From Octopus sinensis (Eukaryota), in the NCBI RefSeq assembly GCF_006345805.1, contig NC_042997.1, positions 207,514,001 to 207,578,000 of the forward strand: 64,000 bases of DNA, written 5' to 3'. The position numbers and the translations under genes were made by a program. Within the stretch, counting starts at the first letter, position 1. Each line of letters starts with the position of its first letter. Positions 39,218 to 53,099 of this stretch are shown here, piece after piece. The notes under the pieces were generated by a model. The model searched no databases and was not told the origin of the DNA. It saw only the letters and a program-made list of their open reading frames with translations.

Positions 39218-39263
39218 ATTTATTAGTGGTTAGCATTAGGAAGGGCATTCAGACACTGCATTG

Positions 39264-41280
39264 AAAACGTCCCGCCTAAAAACAACACTGATGGAGATCG
39301 AAAAAAGGCTGCAACAATCCTATGTGAGGGAGAAAGCAGACAAAGAAGCCTGGGTTATAAAAAACATTAAATTGAACCCAAAGGCCTTCTTTCATTACGT
39401 GAAAGAAACAGTCTCAGTGCACTACAAGATAGGACCCCTCCTCCAAAAGGATGGCTCCCTCACAGACAGTCCAACTAAGATCAGTGAGATACTGAATGAC
39501 CAGTTCAAAAGTGTCTTTACTACCCAGTTAGAACACAGACAAGTGAACGAACCAGTGGACTTCTTTGCCGCCTCACCTATAACCAGCGAGGTGGTTACAA
39601 TAGAATGTATTGCCATTAGCAAAGAAGATGTCCTACTAGCCATAGATGAAGTGGACACAAACTCAACTGCTGGTCTTGATGGTTTCCCAGCAATCCTCCT
39701 CAAATCGTGTAAACATGCCCAGGCAAAACCCTCAAGACTCTCTTCACAGCTTTCTTACAAATGGCAAACTGCCAAGCAAGCTGAAGGAGGGAATAATATG
39801 CCCAATACATAAAGGGGGAAGTAGGGCAGATGCCAAAAACTATAGGCCTATCTCTCTGACTTCACACATCAGCAAAGTCATGGAATGGATAGTCAGAGGG
39901 AAACTAATCGCATTTCTTGAGGAAAATAACTTGCTGAGTGATACCCAGTATGGTTTTCGACCAGGTAGGAGCTGCCTGACCCAACTCTTATAACATTATG
40001 ACTGGGTGTTGAGGCAGTTACTCAACAAATCAAATGTGGATGTAATATACATTGATTTTGCAAAAGCTTTTGACAAGTTGGATCATGTTATGATATGCCA
40101 CAAACTGCGTGACCTCAGAATAGCTGAAAAACTTGGAGTGTGGTTACATGACATCCTGACAGATAGAAGTCAGGCAGTAGTGGCTAATGGAGCCACCTCT
40201 ATGAACACACAAATAGTGAGCAGTGTTCCACAGGGCACTGTCTTGGCACCACTGCTTTTTATAGTAGCCCTCTCAGATATGCCCTCAACTGCCCGGATAG
40301 CCACTCTGGCAAGCTATGAAAATACAGAACCCCAGCGATGTTGGACACCTGCAGCAGGAGCTGGACTCAATCTACAAATGGGCTGAGGATAATAATAAGC
40401 AGTTTAATGCTGAAAAATTCCAGGCCCTGCGCTACCAGCATCCAAAACTGAATATTAAACTTACAGGATACACCGGTCCACAGGGAATTTTAATCCCAGA
40501 GTCTAAGTCAGTGAGGGACCTGGGTATCAACATGAGTGATGACACCTCTTTCCAAGTGCACATTACCAGGATGGCGACAAAGTGCAGACGACTGGCTGGG
40601 TGGATCTTAAGAACATTCAGAACCAGAGATAAGGAAAACATGATGGTCCTCTGACGGACATTCGTCCTCAGCTGCCTGGATTACTGCTCACAGTTATGGT
40701 CATCCACCAGTGTGAAATTAACAGCGAACCTTGAAGCAATCCAGAGAAGATTCACAAGGATCGTCTCTTTGCAACAGCTCAGCTACTGGGAAAGGTTGAA
40801 ACAGCTAAGACTCTACTCGCTGGAGAAAATATGGGAGGGGTATGCAGTAATATATATCTGGAAGATCCTGGAAGGAACTGTGCCAAATTTTGGCATTGAA
40901 AGCTGCACCAATGCTAGAACGGGACGACACTGCATAGTGCCAAAGATTCCAGCAATGCCATCACGCTTCAGGACCAACTTCTGCAACAGCCTGGGTTTCA
41001 AGGGCCCACAGCTTTTTAATATTCTCCCAAAGTGTCTGAGGAACTTGCACAAAGTAGATGTAGCGGTTTTTAAATCAAAGCTGGACATATTCCTGTCGAG
41101 AGTCCCAGTTGAACCCACCTCACAGCAAGATTTGCAAATGAGAGTAGCTGTATCAAACTCCATTCTTCACCAAGTGCCACATATTAGAGGAGGCTCTTAG
41201 TAATAACAGTGTAGCACAAAACGGCTGTGCATCAGCATGGCCGCAGCTCTGAGCTGAAACTAAAAAAGAAAAGAAAAAAA
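39264..41280 (+). mobile_element. CR1-clade LINE, 5'-truncated and pseudogenised, with 3' end
   Basis: NYRPISLTSH, YIDFAKAFD, VPQGTVLAPLLF, VRDLGI, LEAIQRRFTR..YWERLKQLRLYSLE; 3' cagcatggccgcagctctgagctgaaact plus A-rich tail. Confidence 0.92.
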
Positions 41281-41313
41281 TATATATATTTATATATATT
41301 TCTTTTCTTTTCT

Positions 41314-41369
<56 letters not shown>

Positions 41370-41440
41370 TTATATAATTTAGAGAAAAACCTCTATTAAA
41401 CTATTATTCTTAGACATATATGTATGTATGTATATATATA

Positions 41441-41519
<79 letters not shown>

Positions 41520-41637
41520 TATATACATACATACATATATATGTATGTATATATACATACATATATATGTATGTATATATATAATATATATGTATGTATA
41601 TATACATACATATATATGTATGTATATATATATACAT

Positions 41638-42036
41638 CTGCAATTTCCATTGATTGATTTCGATTCGATCAGGATCAGAATCGAAATCGATCAATGGAAA
41701 TTGCAGATGTGTTACCAGTGCCGGTGGCATGTAAGAGAACCTTCCGTTTCGTGACCGTTGCCAGCGCCGCCCCGACTGGCCTCGTGCCGGTGGCACGTAA
41801 AAAGCACCATCCGTTCATGGCCATTTGCCAGCTCTGTCTGGCACCTGTGCGGGTGGCACGTAAAAAGCACCCACTACACTCATGGAGTGGTTGGCGTTAG
41901 GAAGGGCATCCAGCCGTAGAAACACTGCCAGATTTGACTGGGCCTGATGAAGCCTTCTAGCTTCACAGACCCCAGTAGAACCGTCCAACCATGCTAGCAA
42001 AAACCTCTATTAAACTATTATTCTTAGACATATATG

Positions 42037-42104
<68 letters not shown>

Positions 42105-42945
42105 CCGGGCCTCCGTGCTGTGGGCACGTAACAACACCATCCGATCATGGCCGTTCGCCAGCCTCATCTGGCACCTGTGTCGGTGGCACATAAAACACAC
42201 CTTCCGAAGACCCGGCAAGACTAGTCAGTCCACCTGTGCATACCTTCCTTCCTTCTTGTGACACTTGTGAAGACCGGTTGAGGCAAGTGAAAATCAAATC
42301 AAATCAAATCAAAATAGACAAAATAGATGAACATCAATGGAATTTGTATCTTTGTGGTACCAGTGCCGGTGGCACGTGGCACATAAGAAAACCATCCGAA
42401 CGTGGCCGTAGCCAGTACCGCATCGACTGGCCTCCGTGCTGTGGGCACGTAACAAGCACCATCCGATCGTGGCCGTTTGCCAGCCTCATCTGGCACCTGT
42501 GTCGGTGGCACATAAAAACACCATCCGAGCGTGGCCGTCTGCCAGCCTCGTCTGGCACCTGTGTCGGTGGCACATAAAAACACCATCCGAGCGTGGCCGT
42601 CTGCCAGCCTCGTCTGGCACCTGTGTCGGTGGCACATAAAAAACACCATCCGAGCGTGGCCGTCTGCCAGCCTCGTCTGGCACCTGTGTCGGTGGCACAT
42701 AAAAAACACCATCCGAGCGTGGCCGTTTGTCAGCCTCGTCTGGCACCTGTGTCGGTGGCACATAAAATCACCCACTACACTCTCGGAGTGGTTGGCGTTA
42801 GGAAGGGCATCCAGCTGTAGAAACACTGCCAGATCTGACTGGACTGGTGCAGCTTTCGGGCTCCCCAGACCCCAGTTGAACCGTCCAACCCATGCTAGCA
42901 TGGAAAGCGGACGTTAAATGATGATGATGATGATGATGATGATGA
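41638..42945 (+). mobile_element. Two RTE 3'UTR fragments (41638-41998 and 42101-42945), the second with about five 62-63-bp tandem repeats
   Basis: Closely similar to the reverse complement of 15202-15790; (GAT)n tail at 42918-42945. Confidence 0.85.
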
Positions 42946-43070
42946 TATATATATATATATAAATATATATATATGTGTGTATATATATATATATATTTAT
43001 ATAATTTAGGCAAAAACGTCTATTAAACTATTATTCTTAGACATATATGTATGTATGTATATATATATAT

Positions 43071-43104
<34 letters not shown>

Positions 43105-43194
43105 GTGTGTATATATATAATTTAGGCAAAAACCTCTATTAAACTATTATTCTTAGACATATATGTATGTATGTATGTATGTATGTATATATAT

Positions 43195-44080
<886 letters not shown>

Positions 44081-44299
44081 ATATATATATATATATATAT
44101 ATACGCGAGCACATTACTGTATTGTTAAATCAGTATAGTTTTTTTTTTGGTGCATCTAAGTTAGGTACCATATTCAAGTAAATTCATTTAAATTAACTTG
44201 AATCTTTATTGCTTTTTGAATATATATATATATATATATATTTATATAATTTAGGCAAAAACCTCTATTAAACTATTATTATTATAAATGAAAGCTTTG

Positions 44300-44917
44300 C
44301 TTGAGAAGACTCGGCAAGCGCAACTGAGACCATAACCTTGTGGCCTATGCCAGGGGTGTAACCAGTCTATTTATATGTACCTTTCTTGGACACTAAACTC
44401 TTCTCGCGAAAACCTGTTGAGGCAATTGAAATCGAGATCAAAATCATATTCGATGAGTGGCGTCCGTATTGTTGGTGTGCTAAGAATACCATCCGAGTGT
44501 GATCGTTGCCAGAGCAACAAGCTTGCCTTCATGCTGATGGCCTGTAAAAAGCACAATTTGTGCGTGATGGTTAGTCGCCTTACTTGCACTTGTGCTGGTG
44601 GCACATTACAAAACATTTGAGCAAGGTCAGTGCCAGTGCCACTAGACTGGTTCCTGTGTAGTTCGCACATATAAAGCATCATTTGAGCGTGGCCATTGTC
44701 AGTGCAGCCTGACTGGCCCTTGTGCTGGTGGCATGTAAAAGCACCCACTACACTCTCGGAGTGGTTGGTGTTAGGAAGGGCGTCCAGCTGTAGAAACTCT
44801 GCCAGATCAAGACTGGAGCCTGGTGCAGACATCTGGTTTGTCAGCCCTCGGTCAAATCATCCAACCCATGCTAGCATGGAAAGCGGATGTTAAACGATGA
44901 TGATGATGATGATGATG
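44300..44917 (+). mobile_element. RTE 3' end / 3'UTR, older subfamily
   Basis: gagaagactcggcaag ORF end, family UTR motifs, (GAT)n tail. Confidence 0.8.
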
Positions 44918-44944
44918 TATGTACATATATAGATATATATATAT

Positions 44945-45090
44945 TTATTTGTTTGAGTCATTTGACTGAGGCCATGCTGGAGCACCACCTTTAGTCAGAC
45001 AAATTGACCCCTCAACTTATTCTTTGTAAGCCTAATACTTATTCTATCACATTCTTTTGCTGAACTGCTAAGTTATAGCAACATATACAC
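44945..45090 (-). mobile_element. SINE 3' fragment sharing a CR1-like tail
   Basis: ggccatgctggagcacc is the reverse complement of a motif like the CR1 3' end (cagcatggcc) at ~41233; the same motif occurs at ~38897-38915. Confidence 0.5.
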
Positions 45091-46244
45091 TTGACATACT
45101 AATCTTAACAACTAAATCTCCTTTCATTATACAATGCTGTCTTATCGTGTTCTCTGAATAAAGGTGGACAGTCTCAGCGAGAGGTTTTATGTAAGAAAGA
45201 CATACTTATACACAAGGGAAACTTCTTGGGATGCTTGAAACCTTCTTCAGGAAATCTGGAAATTAAGTATTTCCAAGTGGACAAGGCTGGCTTTCTTCAG
45301 GGCCAAGTGTAAAGAGCTTCAACATCACCTTGATGGTAAATTCACCAGGCTTTTTAAAGAGGGCACAAAATCTTTAATGAAAAGGGTATCGGACCAAAGA
45401 GGAATTTTGTGGACATATTCCACCCATCTCTGCTTTTGATGCTAAACACAGAGTAGGGTTTGCTGACCCCTGTAATTTTGCCAAACCCTTGACCATGTCA
45501 GATTTTATATTTTGGAGATTTCCACACTCAGAGAGGGAGTTAAGTTCCACCTAATAAAAACTGATGCTATTGCAAGAGACACACAAAAAGAAACAGAGAG
45601 AAAGAGGGAGTGGGGTAGATCACTGGTATTGCATTGTGAAATGGATCTTGGTTGTGGCAGCATAGATGAGGAAGGGGAGGAATGAGAAGAGAAAAATGAA
45701 AGGAAGACAGACATCACTGTCTTCAAATCTGCTGAATCAGAACTGACTCGGGGTTAAATAAGAACAATAAAATCAGCAGCCAAACTGCAAAGAAGACCTT
45801 CAGTGTTACCAATTCTTGCAGAGTTGGTTTTGGATACAACAACAACAACAACAAGCAAAACATTCTTAGCTTCAAATGTTACAATGGAATATTTCAGAAG
45901 CAAGAATTTGGTGATGGGAAATGGTATAATGAAAGGATAAAGCACAACAAGATATAATGAACAGCATTAAAGGTAGCATGAAGAAAGGTACCCAGGACAT
46001 GATGTGAAGTGGTTGGCACTAGGAATGACATCCAGCCATAGAAACCATGCCAAAGCAGACACTGGGGTTCAATAAACCCTTGTGGCTCATTGGAGCCAGT
46101 CAAAATGTTGCACCCATTCCAAAATGGAACAAGGGCTGTAAATGAGGATCATTTCTATTTCCTTTGTTTCTTGTAGAATATTGTTTTTTGGTAAATTCCA
46201 AGAATATCAACATAAAACAACAAACAACAAATACATCAACCAAC

Positions 46245-46472
46245 CTTCAGTATTTCTGTGTCATTACTTAAAACCATGAATTTAACAACTTTGATCTGGT
46301 TTGAATTTAGATCTGAATAGTTTTTCACTGCTTCATACATTGTTCTGGGTAGGTTTTCAATGGGGTACTTCAGTACCCCAGCTCCTAATATAGGAAATGC
46401 AAGGCTTCTAGCTTCCATTCTCTCAGCAGTTTCCAGACAAGTGGTTATTATTTGAGTCAAGTTTGCCAGAAT
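46245..46472 (-). CDS. Exon of PARP14/PARP9/PARP15-like macrodomain protein: macrodomain C-terminal half
   Basis: ttttttag acceptor, gttggt donor, 228 nt phase 0-0: ILANLTQIITTCLETAERMEARSLAFPILGAGVLKYPIENLPRTMYEAVKNYSDLNSNQIKVVKFMVLSNDTEILK (S[IL]AFPxxGxG..[YF]P macro motif). Confidence 0.92.
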
Positions 46473-47073
46473 CTAAAAAAAATAATTGTTTAGTAATTGA
46501 TAATGAACATTTTATGGAACTATTTTCAAATTCTTCTTACAGGGAGAAATCAAAAAGTAATAAATATATTCTCCTCTCACTCCTACCACTTCTAAACACA
46601 ACTGTCATTCCTATCACTCTTTAGTCCTGCAAGGGACAAGGCAACCTCACTCATGTTGCTGCTACAATAAATCAGACTCAATCCACCGTGTAAAATGATT
46701 GGTGAAGGAAGAGAGAGAATGCAGACCCAAGAGGAGTCTTTAGTGTTGGGGAGGACATGACAACCTCTCTAGTGCTCGTGCCATGACAGAGAAAAACTCA
46801 CCAATACAGACAGTAAAACAGAGAAATATGTTTTAATATAGTCTTATTTATCAGTCACATAACTGTTGTTAGGCCATGAGGCTTTTTTCCTTCTATTTAT
46901 ATATAAAAGTGTCCTGTTCATCGATATCTTCTGCTTCCTTCCAATGATAACTTGGAAGAACAAATATTAAACAGGATGCTGTCATTTGCTTTATGATTCT
47001 CACACAACATGCATAAGGTTCTCTTCAAACATTAACTGTTTCAATAAATCAATATCATATGATTGATACTTAC

Positions 47074-47301
47074 TAAATGAGAAGAATTTTCATCCCATTC
47101 AGGTAATACCAGATGAAATACATTCTTACAGTTGAGGTTATATCCTTTAGTGACGGCTATTTCAGATGTAGAAATACCTTGAGGATAACTCTGGTTACAT
47201 TCATATTGTATCTGGGGACCAGCAGTTTTGAGAATAAATTTGGAGATAGAACCATCATTAAGCTGGAGCTGTTTATTGGTGCTGTTAACGATGACATCAA
47301 C
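47074..47301 (-). CDS. Exon of PARP14/PARP9/PARP15-like macrodomain protein: macrodomain N-terminal half (absent from the ORF track)
   Basis: cttttctag acceptor, gtaagt donor, 228 nt phase 0-0: VDVIVNSTNKQLQLNDGSISKFILKTAGPQIQYECNQSYPQGISTSEIAVTKGYNLNCKNVFHLVLPEWDENSSHL. Confidence 0.92.
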
Positions 47302-47582
47302 CTAGAAAAGTAATTAATGGTAAACAACTAAGGAACATTCCGTGGAGAGAAGAGAGATACATTGTTGCAGTTGATATTGTTGTTAAGAAAGGCTCTACAG
47401 AATGGCTGTAGTAAGTTTGAGGTTGTTAAAGTTAGCAAAAGATGTACTCAAGATATCAGATGTGAAGGAAATAAAATGTTTGAGTTTGACTGAGAAAACG
47501 TTTTAATTAACTTTAATGATTCCTTATTTGGAAATGAAATCACAATTAAATATAAATAAGTTACATGAATCTATTTACTCAC

Positions 47583-47695
47583 AGATGCATTAGAAATTGA
47601 ACCAATCATTAGTTGTATTTTGATGCAAGCTTTTTCTCCAGATGCCACATGAGTTTCAGGTGTCACAGAAGCTGCTTTCTCTTGTGGATGAATTT
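47583..47695 (-). CDS. Exon of PARP14/PARP9/PARP15-like macrodomain protein: linker and first strand
   Basis: ttattttcag acceptor, gtgagt donor, 113 nt phase 1-0: (E)IHPQEKAASVTPETHVASGEKACIKIQLMIGSISNAS, joining in frame to VDVIVNS. Confidence 0.85.
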
Positions 47696-48829
47696 CTGAA
47701 AATAAACAAATATCAGTGTGTGTATGTGTGTGTATGGATACACACACGCACACACACATATACATACCAACACCATTATTACCCACCATCATGATATAAC
47801 GTTCATATTCCCTCCAGGCCCAAGTGGAACAAAATGATATATAAAGACACATCCGTCATAGCAAAAGTCATGCCCCAAAACTGTTATATATATTCCTGTC
47901 CATGCTGGGCCCTACACCCACATCTGTCCCCGTGAAGCATCCCCTTCACCACATCTCATCTTCCTAACACCCATCCCTCCATTACTCTTCTAACTACGGT
48001 CCTACTTTACTGCTGTAACCATTTGACAGCAGAATCTTCACATATTCATCACCACCACCACCACCCTTTCGTTAATACCAGTCGCCTCACTTGCATCATC
48101 ATCTCTGTCCATACACCCTTCCATCGATCATCCCTTTCTGTCCCTTCCCTAATCTTTCCCATCCATCCCTCTTAGCTACACCTTACTCTGCCAGGCTTCA
48201 TGATTAACACTTCTCCTATCTGCAATCATTCTCGACACCCTCTCACAGCCATTGCTAAAACTCCCTTACCAATTTTCTGGCCCCACTCACTACAGCCACT
48301 CCCATGTATCTCTGACTCCCATCTCTTTCACAGTTCATCATCTTTGCTTTCCCTCTGCTGTCAGATCCTGGTCATCATCTCCCTTCCTCCTCATCTATCA
48401 ACAGATTGATGGTTCTGCTGCTCTCCACCCTTCCTATGCTGCTTCTTGTCACCTCCTCCTTACCGAGCCTCGTCAGTCTATCAACTCCACCTCAAACCAT
48501 TGTTCCTCACTCCCTACATCCACCTCTAGCCCCATCTCTAACCTCTTCCCTTCTCATCTCACACTCTGATGCCATTACCCTCCCATTCCTTCTTTCCTCA
48601 TCCACAGTCTCCCTTACACTCCCCTTCTTGTAACTTGGGACTATGCTCTGGCACCCTATTACCACCATCTTTCTCCCTTCTAGATACTGTCATGCACCCT
48701 TGCATAAATATAAGGACACCATGAGCCTCGTCTATATCCAGACAACTGTGCTTGACCCTCTGTCAAACTTTAGGCTTTCTACCCCAGGCATCAAGCCAAC
48801 TCCCTCCCCACCAGTTCCATTGGGGAGTT

Positions 48830-49112
48830 TTTATCCTTTTCGATTCTTTGCTTTGTCTTGCAAGTTACTTGGTGACCTCACCAGTGCTGGTGCCATGAGA
48901 AAAGCAGCTTCCAGTCCTCACTGTAAAATGGCTGGCATTATGAAGGGCAGCCAACCATCCACACTCAGCCAGCTAGCCACACTCAGCCAGCCAGCCGCAC
49001 TCAGCCAGCCAGCTGAGTGTGGAACCTAACACAGATCTAGAGATCACCAGATCTTGTTAAACTGTGTAACCCATGCCAGATCAAAGACGGACATTAAATA
49101 ATGATGATGATG
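48830..49112 (+). mobile_element. Degenerate RTE 3'UTR / SINE-like repeat
   Basis: gtcttgcaagttacttggtgacctcaccagtgctggtgcca and a (GAT)n tail, similar to 800-1115. Confidence 0.55.
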
Positions 49113-50039
49113 CTATAGAAATAAGTGTAACACACCATCGACTAGGAAAAAAGGCATTCGTACATTTGTTTATAGAGTAGGTAATTTACCACCAAAACTA
49201 TACAGTTTTATAAATCCATTTCAGCCATTCTTACAAATCAGTTTTGCACAGGATAACATCTAACACTGTGCTCATCAGAGTGGCCAGTATGGAAGTAGGG
49301 CAATGGGTTTCTGACAGCAAGTGCCACATCTCTAATTGCAAAAGACAATTAGAGAGGAGGATTCCATCATTGGTTATGCCACTTGTCCAAAATCTCTGAG
49401 TGAGGAGTAACTGCCAGCAAAGTGGAATTTGAGTGCGGATGGTGAAGGGTTGGCGTGTGTGCAGAATGGTGGGGTTTGGAAGGAGTGGGATGGGGCAGGC
49501 ACTCAAAACTTTAAACTCTTGTGGATATATATATATATGTGATTATGTGAATATAGTTGAGTCCACTGTGCTGGACTTTGAGGTTGTGGTGGGGGAAAGA
49601 CTGATAGTACAAGTCCTAATGTTTATAATCATGGTGGAGTCAGTTGGTAACTGATCACATACTTCTTTTTATGTGGGCATGAGCAATAAACCTCGTGCTT
49701 GTGGTTTAGGTTTTAGTTAAGTGTGTAGGTGACATGGGAGGAGGTCACAAATGATCGCCCAGGCTGGAGACAAATACTGTGAAAGGGGATGAAGTGAGGG
49801 GAAGAAAAACAGGAACCACCACCGAAGAAAAGTGCACTTGATGGGAGGAAGTGCCAGCAAAGAGCTTATCAGATGTAGTCGTTGTATGCTCTCATGTGGA
49901 CCTGTGCAGCCACAGCAGATGCTGTACCTCCATCAGCAGCTGACACGATTCCTTTGGGCACAGAGCCATGGCCTCTCAAGACCAACAGATGCCTACTATA
50001 TAAATAAAACTTGAAGTGCATACAACTACTATGGTAAAA

Positions 50040-52095
50040 ATAGCTCTTGTATATGGATAATCTCAATCTGTATGCTGCAAATGATAAACAGCTGGAAACA
50101 TTACTACAGACAGTGCATAGATTTACCAAAGAAATACACATGAAATTCAGCTTAGAAAATGTGCTAAAGCAACTTTGAAAAGATAGAAATTAGTTAAAAG
50201 TTAACAATATCACACTAGATAAAGCCAATGAAATAAGAGAATTAGACCAAAGCCAAGCTTACAAATATTTAGGAATCCATGAACTAGATAAGACACAACA
50301 CACACAAATGAAAAAGAAGATAAAGAAAGAATACTATAGACGAGTTAGATCAATACTAAAAACAGAGCTCAATGCTAAAAACAAGATAATAGGTATCAAC
50401 AATCTAGCTTCCCCAGCTATAAATTACATCTACAAGATTCTTCATAGGTTCATAAATGAACTAATCAAAATAATGTCAAAATTTAGGATGCACCACTCAA
50501 AATCTGACAGTGAAAGGTTATGCAAACAGCGTATAGAAGGTAGTAGATGTCTTATGCAGCTAGAAAACTATTTTAAAATATCCATCTTAGAAATATCTAA
50601 CTCAGAACCAAGGAAAGATGGTACAAATATCCACAAAACATAATTTAAAAAAAACTGTTTTCTGTCTTTAAGGAAGCTGGAAAATAGAAGAAAGAGATCA
50701 TAAAATCTAACAACTATGAAGAAAAAGGACAAACAAGAACATCTGTAACATATATGAAACCTAAGCTAAAACTGGAACAACAAAATACCACGATAAAACG
50801 ATGGCAAGAAAAGCCCATACATAAAAAATATTGGGTTAAGCTAAACAGAAAAGCAAAATCTCAGCAGTGGCTGAAAAGAACAGGACTCAAAGCAGAGATT
50901 GAAGGATTTTTAATTGCAGCACAAGACCAAAGCCTCCCCAGCAGAAATCATCAAAATGCACATAATGAAAAAGAGTAATTGCAGAATATGTGGTGATGGA
51001 GAGGAAACAATAAATCATATTATCTCTGGCTGCCCAGTCCTGGCTAAGAAGGAATATATTCACAGACACGATAGAGTTGGGACCTATTGGGTTGTCCGGA
51101 AAGTTTTTAAAGGAAAGGAAAAGGTCAATAAATACTTGCCATGACATTTTTAATCAACCAAATGTGAACCATTTTGTTGCACAATGCGTCTCCATCCTTC
51201 CTTTAACTTGAAAATACCCTTTTCCCAGAATTGACGTGGTTTCATGGCAAAGAATTCATCAAGGTATCTTTTTACGTCATCCAAGGATTTGAAATTTTTG
51301 CCATTACGACTAGTCTACAGAGACCTGAATAAGTGGAAATCCAAAGGAGCAATATCTGGTAAATATGAAGGGTGGGGTAACACATCCCAGCCAAGATGCA
51401 GCAATTTTTGTCTGGTTCCCAAAGCATCAAGTGCCGAAAATGAACTTTCTTATCTTCCATTTTAAAGGGTTACAGAATTAACACAGGTTATAGGAACATA
51501 AACCTTCTTCCACGAAAAGATAGCTTAAACTGTGCTCTAAACGGAGGTGTAGTCCAATCCTATTTTATGGACTCAGCCATGTTCTAAAATAAGTCTAAAG
51601 GTAAGCTACTATAAATCGGCACAAACTTTCTGGACAACCCAATACATACATTGGTATAGGCACACACCAGAAAATGTCACAGAAAACGAGAAAGTAACCA
51701 TACTCTGGGATATGTCAATACACACAGAAAGAGAAATTTAGACCAATAGGCTGGATATAGTTGTCAGAGATCATCAAGTAAGAAAATGCTTTCTAATTGA
51801 TGTAATAATAGATGACAAATAGAGGTAACCAGAATGTGGAATCTAAAAACAGAAATAATTCCTATCATAGTAGGTGCATTAGGCATGATAAAAAAATATT
51901 CAGACCAATACATAACAAAAACACCAGGACTTACAAACACATATAACATACAGAAAATTGCACTACTAGGCACTGCACACATCCTACTTAATATAATTTC
52001 AATACAGTAACCATCAGAGCATCTCAACAAAACACAACACATACCCAAGGCACATAGAGCTGCACTTTGTAGTGAAGTGAAAGCATGCAACTACA
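50040..52095 (+). mobile_element. R4/Dong-clade element (RT end to 3'UTR) interrupted by mariner
   Basis: YMDNLNLYA, YKYLGI, KEYYRRVRSILKTELNAKNK, GLKAEIEGFLIAAQDQ, CRICG..ETINHIISGCPVLAKKEYIHRHDRVG. Confidence 0.88.
51087..51642 (-). mobile_element. Internally deleted mariner element (copy of 18592-19147)
   Basis: Same TIRs, TA duplication and insertion site; MEDKKVHFRHLMLWE remnant. Confidence 0.9.
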
Positions 52096-52486
52096 AAATA
52101 ATAACAACAACAACAACAATAATAATGATGCTAATAACAGCAGGACCCACAGAATGCAAACCTCTGCAAAGGCAACCCCCCCCCCCGTCCCAATGATTAA
52201 CCAGAGATGATTTTTAAACTGAGAATATTTGAAATAAACTCAATTGCTCTCACAAACGAGAAACACTAAAAATGAACCCAACCGCTTCCAAAATGAAGTT
52301 AAAAAACAGGTAAACTATTTGAGAATCCTTGTACCATGTCGACACCAAAATCTAATCAGCTCATGCCAAGCATTGCTGAAAGTTTCATACGAATCCATCC
52401 AGCAGTTCTTTAGATATCTTGTCCATAGACAAACAAACGAACAGGACTGAAAACAATATCTCTGACTTCGCTAAGGCAGAGGTAAT

Positions 52487-53090
52487 AACAATTGGCACAA
52501 CGTGAAAACGGAAGACAACATGACAATGTGGCAAGAATGATACATTGGAAGCTCTGTGGAAATCACGGCTTACAAAGAGCGAAGACATGGTATGAGAAAA
52601 CCCCAGAAGGAGTCATTGAGAATGAGAAGGGCAAAATCCTGTGGGATGTAACGATCCAGTGTGATTATCTGACCAGACATAGGAAATTGCTGTGGTGAAT
52701 AAAAAAGAAAGAACATGTGTGATTATCAACACAACAGGCCCCGCTAACAACAGGATCAATATGGAAGAAGAGAAAATAAGCAACTATGACTATTTAAAGT
52801 AGGAAATACGAAGGTTGTAGTCAATGAAAAGCGTAGACATGGTACCAATAGTAACTGGTGCACCTGGAAGAATCAGTACTCAACTACCAGCATGGCTGAA
52901 AAAGATTGGTGCAAGTGTGAAGGTAGAACACCTATAAAAATCAGCATTGCTTGGCACTGCAAGAATTCCTCGCAGAGTTATTGAAGCATGACCAATAAAC
53001 AAGTGTTACCTTAGTCTGCTGGCTGCGGACAACCGATGCTTTCCAACATGCCCAGCAAAATAAGCTGTGAGTTTTCATCAAATAAAACTA
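52487..53090 (+). mobile_element. R4/Dong-clade 3' fragment (copy of 19990-20590)
   Basis: Identical ORF at 52492-52698. Confidence 0.8.
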
Positions 53091-53099
53091 ATGATAATA

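Noticed and set aside
47113-47313. Plus-strand 66-aa ORF
   Set aside because: Antisense shadow of the macrodomain exon 47301-47074
49200-49790. Possible Penelope GIY-YIG remnant
   Set aside because: Too degenerate to recover the motif by eye; a TBLASTN/HMM search is needed
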